From positions 58,118-122,117 of the forward strand of contig JAGBMX010000137.1 of NCBI GenBank assembly GCA_017634675.1: a stretch of 64,000 nt of DNA, read 5' to 3'. Source of the stretch: Selenomonadaceae bacterium. GTDB taxonomy: Bacteria > Bacillota > Negativicutes > Selenomonadales > Selenomonadaceae. The notes under the pieces were generated by a model. The model searched no databases and was not told the origin of the DNA. It saw only the letters and a list, made by a program, of their open reading frames with translations. The translations under genes were made by a program, and so were the position numbers. Shown here one piece after another: positions 22,811 to 34,558 of this stretch (its first letter is position 1; each line of letters opens with the position of its first letter).

Positions 22811-24508
22811 CTACGCAAAATATTTTTGCTCGTCCAGCATACCCGCTTTTTTGGCTACGATAAAAGATGTGGTTATGTTGGCGCTTTCGTTGCAAACACC
22901 GTTGAACATAGATGCTAGGGGTTCAATGCAGAGGATCACGGAGATTGCTTCGGGAGGCACGCCCACCACGGTGAAAAGGTAGGCGATGCAGATGATGCCG
23001 CCGCAGGGAATGGGCGGTTTTGCAATAGCCATGACAAATACGGAAAGCCATAGGGTCAGAAACATCTCCGCAGGTATCTCCAGATTGTAAACTCTCATAA
23101 ACATAATAGTCACAAGAGAGAAGAAGACGCAGTTGCCCGCCTTATTTAGCTGCACCCCCACGGGAATGGAAAAAGCCGCCAGCTTGCCGTCAATGCCCAA
23201 TTTCTCGGCGCAAAATTTCAGCACGAAGGGCAGCCGCGCATGGGAACTGGACACGGTGAATATCAATGGAGAAAGAGCGGCAAGTTTTTTAATGGCCTTT
23301 ATTGGGGATATTTTGCCGAAGAGAAGAACCGCGCAGGCTGCTACAGCCCACACGATAAGGATACCCAACGCCAAACCGCCGAAGAGTTTGCCGAAGGCAA
23401 GCAGGGATTCTATGCCGGTGCCGGCAAAGAGGGACAGCATAGAAAGGAACACCACCAAGGGAATAGCCTTCACTATGAGCTTGAGGACGGCAAGAACAAA
23501 GCGGAACACAAAATCTATTACTTCCACTGCGCCTTTGGCTTTCTCCCCCATGTTGTTGATGATGAAGCCGAAAAATATGGCAAGGAACATAACCTGTAGG
23601 ATATTGTCCCCCTTAAAGGGATCCACCAGGTTCCTAGGGACGATGTTTAAGAGCATATCCGCCAAAGACACATTTTGCCCCGGGGCGTTTCCCCCGCCGG
23701 AGGATGAAATGCCCGCTTGTATGTAGCTAAAATCTCCGGTGAAGATGAAAATCCCCAAAAAGAGAGCCAATAGTACGGTGATGAGCTGCATAAAGCCGGA
23801 CACCATCACCATCCTGCCCCCCAGCTTGCCAATGAGAGCAGCGTCGGAAATGTTTGTGATGCCGGCGATAATGGCGAAAAAGGTCACGGGAGCCATCATC
23901 ATGTGCAGAGCGTTCAGAAAAAGGCTGCGCACGGGATTGATGAAGCTGTTGTTGACGGCGGCAATGGCGGCGTTGTCCAAAACGCTCTGGGCAATGAGAC
24001 CGCCTACAATCCCCAAAATGAGCGCGCACACAGTATAGATGAGCTGTTTCTTTGTGGAATTAAGCTCTCGCAGCTTGATGGTGACGATGTTCTTGCCGTT
24101 TTTGCGTACGCAGGAAAGCCTTTGCCGATTGGTTTTTAGTATGGCCAGCCTGTAGGCTTCCTCCTCGTCCCCATCTTCTTGCTCGGTTACGCTGGGAATT
24201 GGATTGTACTCTCTGCCACAGACTTCTAAGCGAAGGTCTGTTTCCCTCCAAGCTCGCTTTAATGACACGTCTGCGGAAAAATCCTCGCCACGACGCGCAG
24301 GATGCTCTAGTGCGGGCGCAGGAGCGTGATGCGACTGGTTGCGCCCGCCTTCCATGCCCTTCTTAAGACGAAAGAACATTTCCTCCATAAGAAGCTGCGC
24401 CATGGTAATTTCCTTGACGGAAAGCCCCGCCTCTTTAAGATGCGCCGCCACTTCCTGCCGTCCTTGGCTGAAATTTTGGGCGGAAACTGTGATGCTGTTT
24501 TTTTCCAT
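22811..24508 (-). CDS. dicarboxylate/amino acid:cation symporter (DAACS) family transporter with about 150-aa N-terminal cytoplasmic extension
   Basis: Multi-pass hydrophobic core with SSSHARLP and VGVQLNKAGN-type motifs typical of the GltP/SstT-like family. ATG 24508 was preferred to GTG 24514. Confidence 0.75.
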   Translation of the reverse strand: MEKNSITVSAQNFSQGRQEVAAHLKEAGLSVKEITMAQLLMEEMFFRLKKGMEGGRNQSHHAPAPALEHPARRGEDFSADVSLKRAWRETDLRLEVCGREYNPIPSVTEQEDGDEEEAYRLAILKTNRQRLSCVRKNGKNIVTIKLRELNSTKKQLIYTVCALILGIVGGLIAQSVLDNAAIAAVNNSFINPVRSLFLNALHMMMAPVTFFAIIAGITNISDAALIGKLGGRMVMVSGFMQLITVLLALFLGIFIFTGDFSYIQAGISSSGGGNAPGQNVSLADMLLNIVPRNLVDPFKGDNILQVMFLAIFFGFIINNMGEKAKGAVEVIDFVFRFVLAVLKLIVKAIPLVVFLSMLSLFAGTGIESLLAFGKLFGGLALGILIVWAVAACAVLLFGKISPIKAIKKLAALSPLIFTVSSSHARLPFVLKFCAEKLGIDGKLAAFSIPVGVQLNKAGNCVFFSLVTIMFMRVYNLEIPAEMFLTLWLSVFVMAIAKPPIPCGGIICIAYLFTVVGVPPEAISVILCIEPLASMFNGVCNESANITTSFIVAKKAGMLDEQKYFA

Positions 24509-24517
24509 AAACACACC

Positions 24518-25727
24518 TTATCTGAAAAATTCGTCGATACGCCCTGCGACTTTCATGATGTCGTCCAAACGCGGGAACAGGTTTTTCCTTGTTTCCTCCA
24601 CGTGGAAGGCTTTTAATTCAGGGGCAATCTGCACGTGTTTTCTGGGGAAGAGTGCGCCGCGTAAGAGTCCAAAGGCATCCAAGAGAGTTTTAATATCCGC
24701 AAGTCTTTCCTCGTCTTGTGTGTCAAAGTAAATGGCAAGGAGCGTGTTGTAGAAGCGGAGCATATTCTCCTGATTCATTCCGTGGACTTTTTGTCTGGTT
24801 TCCGAGCCGCTGTAACGGGCGTGGAAAGCGTTGCCCGCCAAGTCAAAGATTGGGTGGCCGTAACCGATGTCCGCCATGTCTATAACCACGATCTCGCCCT
24901 TTTGGTACATGACGTTGCCGGCGTGGTAGTCGCAATGCACCATGGTGGAACGGTCGGGTATGGTGTCGATGAGCTTGTGAAGGCTCTCTGTCTCATGACT
25001 GTCAAAGCCGTCGTCGCTATTCATGCCGTCCGCCCAGCTGTGCCATGTGTCTTTAAGGGAATTGAAGCCTCCCATTTCCTTAATGTCAGTTTGATGGATA
25101 ATCTTGTAGGTGTCCACAAACTTTCGGGTAATTTCGTCAAACTCGTCCATATGAGAAGTGATGCTTGGAGATGCGACCTACCGTGTCCGCATCTCCAAGC
25201 ATCTCAAAGACCACGCCGTAAGACTTATCGCACGTCACTAAATCATAGGAAATGGGCGTAGGTATTCCCACCACAAAAGCTTTCTTTGCAAGGTCTATCT
25301 CTTGCTTAATCTTGGGTAGAGGAACGCCTGCGGTGTAGAGTTTGACAATGGTTTCGGGATCTATGCGGTAGACGGTGCTGGATCTCCCTTTGCCCACGAT
25401 TTCTGCGCCCTCGATACTGATTTCCCTCATTTTCTTCTCAATGTTCATCAAGCTGGTGAACTTTGTCATGTCAAAGATTTCATAAACATCTTTGGACACA
25501 TTTCGTACTGTGAGCTTGTTTTTTCCCATTTTATTTTGGGTAGCGAGGAGCAGCCTGAGTCCGGCGCTGGAAATATAGGTCAGGGCATCGGCGTCAAAGA
25601 GAATTTCCCGACCGGGATTGGCGGAAATAATTTCGTTTATTTCCTTTTGAAGCGCAGGGACGTTTTTGGCGTTGATTTCCCCTTCAAAAAAGATGGTAAG
25701 CAAATTGTCTTGGACAGAAGTTTTCAT
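24518..25727 (-). pseudogene. STAS domain fused to an aminoglycoside-phosphotransferase/choline-kinase-like kinase, split by a +1 frameshift near 25140-25150
   Basis: ORF 25137..25727 encodes STAS (TYISSAGLRLLL) plus the kinase N-lobe. ORF 24518..25150 encodes the kinase C-lobe (HCDYHAGNVM catalytic loop, IDMADIGYGHP). The two ORFs overlap in different frames. Confidence 0.7.
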
Positions 25728-27328
25728 GGTTGAACATTCCTTTCGTTTTCAAACGCGTGATATATAAGTTCTAACATAGTGATGTCGTCCGACTGCTCGG
25801 CTTTGCCCGCATACTTTGTTAGAATTGATAGCATTTCATTGATGTCTGCCTTTGCGTTTTTCCCGAGCGCTTCGGTTGCTTTTAACAGGCGTTTTTCTTC
25901 GAAGAAACCGTTTTCCTCGTTTCTTGCTTCGGTAACGCCGTCGGTGTAGAGGATGAGACTGTCACCCGGACTTAGTTTCAGGGTTCTTGTGGGAAAGGCA
26001 AGCCCATCCACCATGCCCAAGATGGGGCTGTCGGCTTTGTTTAGAAAGCGGCATTTTCCGCCGGCTTTGAGAACAGGGGGATTATGTCCCGCGTTGGCGT
26101 AGACAAATTCTCCCGTTTTTATGTCAAGAATCCCTGTGAAGACAGTGACAAACATATTTTCTTCATTGACGTTAACGAGAGCGTTGTTGGTTTCCTCGAA
26201 GACCTGACCAAGTTTGTCCGCCCCCGCAAAAAGGAGACTTTCCTTTAAAAGGGTCTTGGCAATCACCATGAAGAGCGCGGCAGGCACTCCCTTGTCCGAA
26301 ACGTCGGCTACGGTTATAGCCAAATGCCTCTCGTCAATGAAGTAAAAATCGTAGAAATCCCCTCCCACCTCTTTGGCGGGTTGCATTATTGCCGCCAGAT
26401 CAAACTCTTTCCTAACAAAAGGTTTCCCCACCCTAGGCAACATCCCTGCTTGTATGCGGGTGGCAACAGATAATTCCGTTTCGATACGCTCCTTTTGGGC
26501 GCTCATTTTGGACAGATGTTCCGTATAGGCGGCAAGCTCGTCCATCATGGTGTTGAAGCTCTCCGCCAAAGTTTCAAGTTCGTCGCCGGTATCTATGGAG
26601 AGCTTCTTTTCAAAATTACCTCTTGCAATCTCTCTGGCTCTCTCCGTCAAGAGATTTATGGGCGCCGCAAAACTTTTTACCAGACGCACATTGGCTTTTA
26701 AGATAGCGACCAGGATGCACACAAAGAGCAGAGCCGACAGCATCGCCATAAGGAGGAAGAATTTTTGCAAACCTGCGCTGTAGTCGCTGATAATGCCTTG
26801 GGTGTATTCCTCGATTCTGTGCACGCTTGCCATGGCTTCGGCTTTGCTCTTTACGGTGCAAATGCTCCAGCCAACGTCAGGAAGGGGCGCATAAGCGAGA
26901 TAATACTCCCTGCCCTCCACGACTACCTCTGCCAGCCCCACTTCTCCTTTCATTATACGCTGAGCCACCGCCGCCAAATCGCTGTTCTCCGAACTCAATA
27001 AATCCCTGGGGCATTCCGTTGCCGAGAACGGACCTTCCTTCAAGGGAGAAATAATGATTTCCCCTTTTTGACCCACGATAAAGCTAAAATCAGTTTCTAT
27101 ATCTTCATTACTGTTCATACGCGTCAGTATGTAATCGGTGTTAAGATCTGCCAGGGCTACGCCGGCGAAGCCATTTTCATCGTAATAGGGAGCGCAGACA
27201 GAAATGCAGTAGCCGCCGTAGGATGTAATATAAGGCTCGGTGTAGATAAGCTTTTGAGCTTCCTTAGTGTCAAGATACCACCTTCGGGACATATAATCAT
27301 AAGTGCTCCGAAGTGGTTCACTGCACAA
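25724..27328 (-). CDS. SpoIIE/PP2C-type phosphatase with partial Cache, TM and HAMP modules (apparently 5'-truncated)
   Basis: HAMP region (PINLLTERAREIARGNFEKKL...ELETLAESFNTMMDEL) and PP2C region (ATRIQAGMLP...GGDFYDFYFIDERHLAITVADVSDKGVPAALFM...DGVTEA). The open frame begins only 18 codons above a TTG, with no N-terminal TM helix. Confidence 0.8.
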   Translation of the reverse strand: MCSEPLRSTYDYMSRRWYLDTKEAQKLIYTEPYITSYGGYCISVCAPYYDENGFAGVALADLNTDYILTRMNSNEDIETDFSFIVGQKGEIIISPLKEGPFSATECPRDLLSSENSDLAAVAQRIMKGEVGLAEVVVEGREYYLAYAPLPDVGWSICTVKSKAEAMASVHRIEEYTQGIISDYSAGLQKFFLLMAMLSALLFVCILVAILKANVRLVKSFAAPINLLTERAREIARGNFEKKLSIDTGDELETLAESFNTMMDELAAYTEHLSKMSAQKERIETELSVATRIQAGMLPRVGKPFVRKEFDLAAIMQPAKEVGGDFYDFYFIDERHLAITVADVSDKGVPAALFMVIAKTLLKESLLFAGADKLGQVFEETNNALVNVNEENMFVTVFTGILDIKTGEFVYANAGHNPPVLKAGGKCRFLNKADSPILGMVDGLAFPTRTLKLSPGDSLILYTDGVTEARNEENGFFEEKRLLKATEALGKNAKADINEMLSILTKYAGKAEQSDDITMLELIYHAFENERNVQP

Positions 27329-27498
27329 TGGAGCAAGTTTTTGCTTGGTAACGAAAAGGCCTTCCCAAAGTCTTCCCTATTAATGAAAAATTTTTCGTTA
27401 ATGAGCTAGGTTAATGTGTGAGAGCCAGCTAAATTTATTTAGAGGTTTACATTAAGTAAAAAAACGCAACCGCAATTAGCGTTTCTTTGAAAATATAT

Positions 27499-27528
27499 TT
27501 GACGATTAAACTGATTTTATGCTATACT
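27499..27528 (+). promoter_or_regulatory. sigma-70-type promoter of rpsO-pnp
   Basis: TTGACG, an 18-nt spacer ending in TGC, then TATACT. Confidence 0.5.
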
Positions 27529-27618
27529 TTTATCGTTGTTAATCTCCTTTGGCTAGGATTTGGCGATACTCCGACGCTTTCTTGGCCGATGGATAGTTAA
27601 AATTTAGGAGGAAATAAA

Positions 27619-27885
27619 ATGCTAACCCAGGAAAAAAAACAGGAAATCATAAAGACTCATGCCGTACATGCTGGAGATACAGGCTCTCCCGAGGTTCAAA
27701 TTGCGGTTTTAACGGCCAAAATCCAGTATTTAACCGAACACTTGAAGGTGCATAAAAAGGATTTTCATTCTCGTCGCGGACTTTTGAAGATGGTTGGTCG
27801 CCGCCGCCGTTTCCTTGATTATTTGAAGAAAAATGATATTGAACGTTATCGCGCTATTGTGTCTAAATTAAATCTCAGAAAATAA
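27619..27885 (+). CDS. rpsO: 30S ribosomal protein S15
   Basis: 88 aa with [14 protein letters not shown]...[37 protein letters not shown]. Confidence 0.97.
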   Translation: MLTQEKKQEIIKTHAVHAGDTGSPEVQIAVLTAKIQYLTEHLKVHKKDFHSRRGLLKMVGRRRRFLDYLKKNDIERYRAIVSKLNLRK

Positions 27886-27951
27886 ACAAAAAAAGGGGGT
27901 GTGATTTTTTCACAGTCCCTTTTTTTCATAATGTACGTTTGGAGGATAAAT

Positions 27952-30021
27952 ATGCAGAGTTTTGAAATGGAACTTGGCGGACGAAAACTTATTGTTGAAC
28001 ATGGCAAAATGGCAAAACAAGCCAACGGCGCCGCGCTTGTAAGATACGGTGATACCGTTGTGTTGGTCACGGCTACGGCTTCTGCGGAGCCTAGGGAAGG
28101 GGTGGATTTCTTTCCGCTTACTGTTGACTATGAAGAAAAAATGTACGCTGCGGGGAAAATTCCAGGAGGCTTTATAAAACGAGAGGGCAGACCTTCAAGC
28201 GATGCGGTGCTTTGCGCTCGTCTTATTGATAGGCCTATTCGTCCGCTTTTTCCGGAGGGTTACAGAAATGACGTACAAATCGTGGCTACTGTGCTTTCGG
28301 TAGAGCAGGATAATGCGCCGGAATTAGTAGGTATGATAGGTGCCAGCATCGCCCTTATGGTATCGGACATTCCTTTTCTTGGACCTATAGCGGGAGTTCG
28401 TGTAGGACGTATCGATGATAGATTTATCATAAATCCTACTGAAAAAGAGCGGGAGATTTCAACTTTAAATTTAACCGTGGCGGGTTCCAAGGGTGCTGTT
28501 ATGATGGTCGAGGCGGGAGCTAACGAACTTCCCGAAGAAGTTATTTTAGACGCTATACTGTTCGGTCACGAAGAGATAAAAAAGATTGTGGCATTTGAGG
28601 AAGAAATTGCCGCGGCAGTAGGTAAAGAAAAACGCGAGGTTAAGCTTTTTACCGTAGATGAAACGCTAAACCAGGCCATTCGCGAATTTGCTTGGGAAAA
28701 ATTGGACAAAGCCGTAAGAAATCCAGATAAACAAACTAGGGACGCCAATGTTAACGAAGTGCGTCAAGAGGTTAAGGATAATTTCCTGACGGAATATCCT
28801 GAAAGTGAAAAAGAAATCGAATACATTTTATATAAGGCTGAAAAAGAAATTGTTCGACACATGATAACCCATGAGAAGATACGTCCTGATGGCAGAGCTG
28901 TTGAAGAAGTTCGTCCTATTTCCTGCGAAGTGGGAGTTTTACCGCGTCCTCACGGTTCAGGTCTCTTCACTCGAGGTCAAACTCAAGTCCTGACTGTTAC
29001 GACGCTTGGTCCAATGAGCGATGAACAGATTATTGACGGACTTGGTCCTGAAACAACCAAACATTATATTCATCACTATAATTTCCCGGGCTATAGCGTA
29101 GGCGAGGCTCGTCCCGTTAGAAGCCCGGGACGCAGGGAAATTGGACACGGCGCTCTTGCCGAGCGGGCTCTTGTTCCCGTTATCCCAAGCACTGAGGATT
29201 TTCCATATACTATTAGATTGGTGTCCGAAGTATTGGAATCCAACGGTTCAAGTTCCATGGGAAGTGTTTGTGGCAGTACTCTTTCTCTTATGCATGCGGG
29301 GGTTCCAATTAAACGTCCGGTGTCTGGCGTGGCAATGGGGCTTGTTAAAGACGGTGACGCATATACCATATTAACCGATATTCAGGGCATGGAAGACGCT
29401 TTAGGAGATATGGATTTTAAAGTGGCGGGAACAGAAGTTGGGGTCACTGCCATTCAAATGGATATAAAAGTTGCCGGAATCAGTCGCGAAATACTGGCTT
29501 CTGCTCTCGCTCAAGCTAAACGAGGTCGAGCTTTTATCTTGAGCAAAATGCTTGAGTGTATAAAGGAACCTGCGTCGGATCTTTCAAAATATGCCCCCCG
29601 AGTAGAAGTTATGCAGATAAAGATTGATAAAATTCGCGATGTAATAGGAACCGGCGGAAAGGTTGTCCGCGGCATTATTGAAGAAACCGGTGCTACCATT
29701 GACATACACGAAGACGGCAACATTTTTATCGCATCAAGCGATGAAAATAGCATGAAGAAGGCTCGTCGAATGATTGAAGCTATTGTTAAGGAAATAGAAG
29801 TTGGCGAAATCTATACCGGCACAGTTACAAGGCTTTTAAAATTTGGAGCTTTCGTTGAACTTTTACCGGGTAAAGAAGGGCTTTGCCACATATCGCAAAT
29901 CGCGCCCAAACGCGTTGAAAAAATAGAAGATGCGGTTAAAGTCGGTGACGAGCTAACCGTCAAAGTTGTTGAAATTGATGATAAGGGACGTATAAATGTT
30001 AGCCACAAGGCAGTATTGTAA
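27952..30021 (+). CDS. pnp: polyribonucleotide nucleotidyltransferase (PNPase)
   Basis: Two RNase PH domains plus KH and S1 ([32 protein letters not shown]). GGAGG RBS precedes ATG 27952. Confidence 0.97.
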   Translation: MQSFEMELGGRKLIVEHGKMAKQANGAALVRYGDTVVLVTATASAEPREGVDFFPLTVDYEEKMYAAGKIPGGFIKREGRPSSDAVLCARLIDRPIRPLFPEGYRNDVQIVATVLSVEQDNAPELVGMIGASIALMVSDIPFLGPIAGVRVGRIDDRFIINPTEKEREISTLNLTVAGSKGAVMMVEAGANELPEEVILDAILFGHEEIKKIVAFEEEIAAAVGKEKREVKLFTVDETLNQAIREFAWEKLDKAVRNPDKQTRDANVNEVRQEVKDNFLTEYPESEKEIEYILYKAEKEIVRHMITHEKIRPDGRAVEEVRPISCEVGVLPRPHGSGLFTRGQTQVLTVTTLGPMSDEQIIDGLGPETTKHYIHHYNFPGYSVGEARPVRSPGRREIGHGALAERALVPVIPSTEDFPYTIRLVSEVLESNGSSSMGSVCGSTLSLMHAGVPIKRPVSGVAMGLVKDGDAYTILTDIQGMEDALGDMDFKVAGTEVGVTAIQMDIKVAGISREILASALAQAKRGRAFILSKMLECIKEPASDLSKYAPRVEVMQIKIDKIRDVIGTGGKVVRGIIEETGATIDIHEDGNIFIASSDENSMKKARRMIEAIVKEIEVGEIYTGTVTRLLKFGAFVELLPGKEGLCHISQIAPKRVEKIEDAVKVGDELTVKVVEIDDKGRINVSHKAVL

Positions 30022-30072
30022 CATAAAACTTTTTTGCTGTTTATGAATTTCCATTATGTTGTTTCAAAGGAA

Positions 30073-30133
30073 GCGCTATACGAAAAAACCCTTCTCTCCT
30101 AAGAGGAGGGTTTTCTCGTATAGCGTTACTTTT
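30073..30133 (+). terminator. terminator after pnp
   Basis: Long stem GCGCTATACGAAAAAACCC ... GGGTTTTCTCGTATAGCG. Confidence 0.75.
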
Positions 30134-30178
30134 CATAGAGGAATAGGGTATGAAGTGAATAATAAGATTTTCCTATAA

Positions 30179-31393
<1,215 letters not shown>

Positions 31394-31396
31394 CCA

Positions 31397-31495
31397 ATTA
31401 TTAAAGTTTTTTCTTTCTCTTTTTTCTTTGTTACTTTCTTTTTTCTCTTTCTTTTTTACAAAAAAGAAAGAGAAAAAAGAAAGTAAGAAACTAAC
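31397..31495 (+). repeat. polypyrimidine/polypurine palindromic repeat, family R, copy 1
   Basis: ATTATTAAAGTTTTTTCTTTCTC...; perfect 27-nt arms at 31431-31457 and 31460-31486. Confidence 0.85.
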
Positions 31496-31524
31496 TTTTA
31501 AACATAAACGAAGGAAGTGTAGAT

Positions 31525-31815
31525 ATGTCGGGAGATATGATGGCGGGGCTTATGACGTGGGGTCCTGCGCTTTTAATGGTGTTCATGTTGTATTTTCTTT
31601 TGATAAGACCGCAGAAGAAGGCGCAAAAGAAGAGGAACGAGATGCTTGAGAAGCTAAAGCGCGGCGATAAGGTTATGACGATTGGCGGGCTTTACGGAAC
31701 TATTGTGGATATAAGCGAAAAGCAAGTTAAACTGGCGGTAGAAGGCGGCGTACGGCTTGAATTTGCCCGTTCCGCAATAAGCGCAAACATAACCGAGGAT
31801 GGGGAAGAAACTTGA
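31525..31815 (+). CDS. yajC: preprotein translocase subunit YajC
   Basis: One TM helix, then FLLIRPQKKAQKKRNEMLEKLKRGDKVMTIGGLYGTIV. Confidence 0.9.
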   Translation: MSGDMMAGLMTWGPALLMVFMLYFLLIRPQKKAQKKRNEMLEKLKRGDKVMTIGGLYGTIVDISEKQVKLAVEGGVRLEFARSAISANITEDGEET

Positions 31816-32396
31816 ATATTCAGGAAGAAAAAAGGGCGTTACGGGAAAAGATACGCGCAAAGAGATTGGGAATACCCGTAAAAATGCGGGAGCATCTGAG
31901 CGAAAAAATACTGGCGGAACTTTCACGGGAATCTTTTTTTCACACAGACGAATTCGTATTTTTGTATGCGTCCATGCCGGAAGAAGTGCAGCTTTACGGA
32001 CTTATTCGCTTTATGCTCGATACCGGAAGAAAGATTGCTATTCCTTCAATTAAAGGAAAAGGCGAGATGGAAGCCGTGGAGCTTTCGTCGGGAATGGATT
32101 TAAAGCAGGACGAATTCGGCCTTTTGACGGTTGCAAAGGATAAAAGAAGGATTGTGCCGCCGGAAGCTATCGGACTTGTTATAGTGCCGGGAGTAGCGTT
32201 TTCCGAAGAAGGACATAGATTAGGCATGGGCGGCGGGTATTACGATAATTTTTTGAGGGATTCTGCGCCTCATGCGTATCGCGCGGCACTTGCCTTTGAC
32301 GTTCAGTTGCAAGATAAAATCCCAACCGAAAAACACGATGAAAAGGTTGATTATATAATAACGGAATCTCGCAGTATCGCTGTAAAGAAAGGGTGA
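31812..32396 (+). CDS. 5-formyltetrahydrofolate cyclo-ligase
   Basis: LVIVPGVAFSEEGHRLGMGGGYYDNFL motif. TTG start overlaps the yajC stop. Confidence 0.85.
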   Translation: MNIQEEKRALREKIRAKRLGIPVKMREHLSEKILAELSRESFFHTDEFVFLYASMPEEVQLYGLIRFMLDTGRKIAIPSIKGKGEMEAVELSSGMDLKQDEFGLLTVAKDKRRIVPPEAIGLVIVPGVAFSEEGHRLGMGGGYYDNFLRDSAPHAYRAALAFDVQLQDKIPTEKHDEKVDYIITESRSIAVKKG

Positions 32397-33652
32397 ATGC
32401 TTTGCAAAGACAGCATACCATAAAATTATTATCATGTGTTTTTATAATTGTGGCGGTATTCTTTATCTTTGTGTCCCCGCTGGCGCATTCAATTCGTCAG
32501 GGATTAGACCTTCAAGGCGGCACTCATGTGGTTTTGGAGGCTGAGGATACGGAAGAAGCTAAGGTCAACGACGACGCTATGGGGCGCGTTGTTAAAATAA
32601 TGGAAAAACGCGTGAACGAACTTGGATTAACGGAGCCTATTATACAGAGGGAAGGCGAAAGACGAATTATCATCGAACTTCCCGGTATAAAAGACCCGGA
32701 CGCCGCCATTAAAACCATAGGCAAAACAGCTGTATTGGAGTTTAAGGACGAAGAAGGAAACACCGTATTAACGGGCAATGACTTAAAAGACGCTCAAGCG
32801 GCGACCAATCCGCAGGGCGGCGGTCATGTGGTACATCTTGAGTTTTCAGATGAAGGCGGTAAGAAGTTTGGAGAGCTCACACTAAAAAATGTGGGACGCA
32901 CTATTTCCATATTGCTTGACGGCGAAGTGTTGACTGCGCCTAACGTAAGAGAGCCTATCATGGGCGGGCGCGCAGAGATTTCGGGACAGCGCACATTGGA
33001 AGAAGCGCAGCAACTTGCGGTGCTTTTACGAAGCGGCGCTCTTCCCGTTAAGGTAAACATAATTGAAACCAGAACTGTAGGACCTTCCTTGGGGCAAGAT
33101 TCCAAGGATAAGAGCGAGTTTGCCTTTGCGGTAGGCATTGGAGCGGTTTTGCTCTTTATGCTTTTGGTGTATAAGGTGCCGGGCATCATAGCGGACGTTG
33201 CGCTTATGGCGTATACGATGTTGCTTTTATTCGTGCTTAAAATGCTGGACGCTACGTTGACTTTGCCGGGTGTTGCGGGTATTATTCTTTCAATAGGTAT
33301 GGCGGTCGATGCTAACGTACTTATATTTGAACACTTTAAGGAAGAATACAGAACGGGAAAAAGCCTTCGTCTTGCTATGGACGCAGGATTTAACCGCGCC
33401 TTTACCACTATTTTCGACTCGAACATAACGACGATTATAGCCGCCGCCGTGCTGTTTTTCTTAGGCACCGGCACTATTCGCGGATTTGCCATTACTTTGG
33501 GACTCGGCGTGTTTTTAAGTATGTTTACTGCGATAACTTTGACCCAGTATATGCTTAAAGAACTCATTGCAGCGAGACTATTTACCAATGTTTCGCTTTA
33601 CGGTACGGACGATGTGATTTTTTCGGGAAAGGGAGTGACGAAGAGTGAATAA
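32393..33652 (+). CDS. secD: protein translocase subunit SecD
   Basis: GLDLQGGTHVVLEA and a C-terminal 6-TM RND-like region. Confidence 0.93.
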   Translation: MNALQRQHTIKLLSCVFIIVAVFFIFVSPLAHSIRQGLDLQGGTHVVLEAEDTEEAKVNDDAMGRVVKIMEKRVNELGLTEPIIQREGERRIIIELPGIKDPDAAIKTIGKTAVLEFKDEEGNTVLTGNDLKDAQAATNPQGGGHVVHLEFSDEGGKKFGELTLKNVGRTISILLDGEVLTAPNVREPIMGGRAEISGQRTLEEAQQLAVLLRSGALPVKVNIIETRTVGPSLGQDSKDKSEFAFAVGIGAVLLFMLLVYKVPGIIADVALMAYTMLLLFVLKMLDATLTLPGVAGIILSIGMAVDANVLIFEHFKEEYRTGKSLRLAMDAGFNRAFTTIFDSNITTIIAAAVLFFLGTGTIRGFAITLGLGVFLSMFTAITLTQYMLKELIAARLFTNVSLYGTDDVIFSGKGVTKSE

Positions 33653-34544
33653 GTTTGACATAGCTTCAAGAGGTAAGCTGTGGTTCATAATATCGGCTCT
33701 TATCATAATCCCGGGACTTATCTGCATAGGCGTTAAAGGCTTTAATTTCGGCATAGATTTCACCGGCGGTACGATTATAGATTTAAAGTTTGAAAATCCC
33801 GTAACCGTTTCCGCCGTGCGCGACGCTATTAAACCCTATGGCTTAGACGGCGCAACCATTCAGCTTGCGGGGAGCGATTCCGATATCGCTTCGTCTGAAT
33901 CCGTCATGATTCGCACCGCAGATATGGAAGAAGAGCAGCGTAAGGAGGTAATGGCGGGCATTAAGTCGAGTGTCGGCGATTATCAGGTGATGCGCGAAGA
34001 AAAAGTCGGGGCGGTCATCGGCTCGGAGCTCATCTTAAACGCCGTGGAGGCGCTTGTGGTATCTTGGCTCTTAATTATAGCCTACGTTGCGTATAGATTC
34101 GAGTGGCGTTTCGGCGTATCTGCCGTGCTTGCGCTTATACACGATATTATAATAGTTTTGGTTGTGTTTTCCCTTACGGGGCGGCAGGTTGATTCTTCCT
34201 TTGTTGCGGCGCTCCTCACTATTGTCGGTTATTCCATAAACGATACCATCGTTATATTTGACCGTGTCCGAGAAAATCTGCGACTGCATTTTGCGAAAAA
34301 CGGCAATATATATGAGCTTGTAAACAAAAGCATATATCAAACCCTTCGCCGTTCGTTGTATACGGTTTTCACAGTATTGTTTACGACTTTTGCGCTGTAT
34401 GTTTTTGGCGGCGAAACCACGAAAGATTTTGCTTTTGCGCTTCTTGTGGGTTTTGCAAGCGGTTGTTATTCGTCAATCTTTATCGCAAGCCCGCTTTGGA
34501 TTTACTTTAAAAATCGGGACGAAAAAAAGAAACGGGTTAAATAA
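33645..34544 (+). CDS. secF: protein translocase subunit SecF
   Basis: GIDFTGGTIIDLKF and YSINDTIVIFDRVREN. Confidence 0.93.
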   Translation: MNKFDIASRGKLWFIISALIIIPGLICIGVKGFNFGIDFTGGTIIDLKFENPVTVSAVRDAIKPYGLDGATIQLAGSDSDIASSESVMIRTADMEEEQRKEVMAGIKSSVGDYQVMREEKVGAVIGSELILNAVEALVVSWLLIIAYVAYRFEWRFGVSAVLALIHDIIIVLVVFSLTGRQVDSSFVAALLTIVGYSINDTIVIFDRVRENLRLHFAKNGNIYELVNKSIYQTLRRSLYTVFTVLFTTFALYVFGGETTKDFAFALLVGFASGCYSSIFIASPLWIYFKNRDEKKKRVK

Positions 34545-34558
34545 AGGGAGGAAAAAAT

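Noticed and set aside
22811-24616. Numerous overlapping ORFs antisense to or out of frame with the transporter gene (for example 23133..23726+, 23727..24029-, 24339..24731+).
   Set aside because: This is a GC-richer membrane-protein gene. The alternative frames have Arg/Pro/Ala-rich nonsense composition and no RBS.
31428-31649. ORF MLLSFFSFFFTKKKEKKESKK..., the N-terminal extension of hemL (51474..51599), and ORF 51316..51612.
   Set aside because: They are translations of the CT/GA palindromic repeats. The real yajC and hemL starts have proper RBSs downstream.
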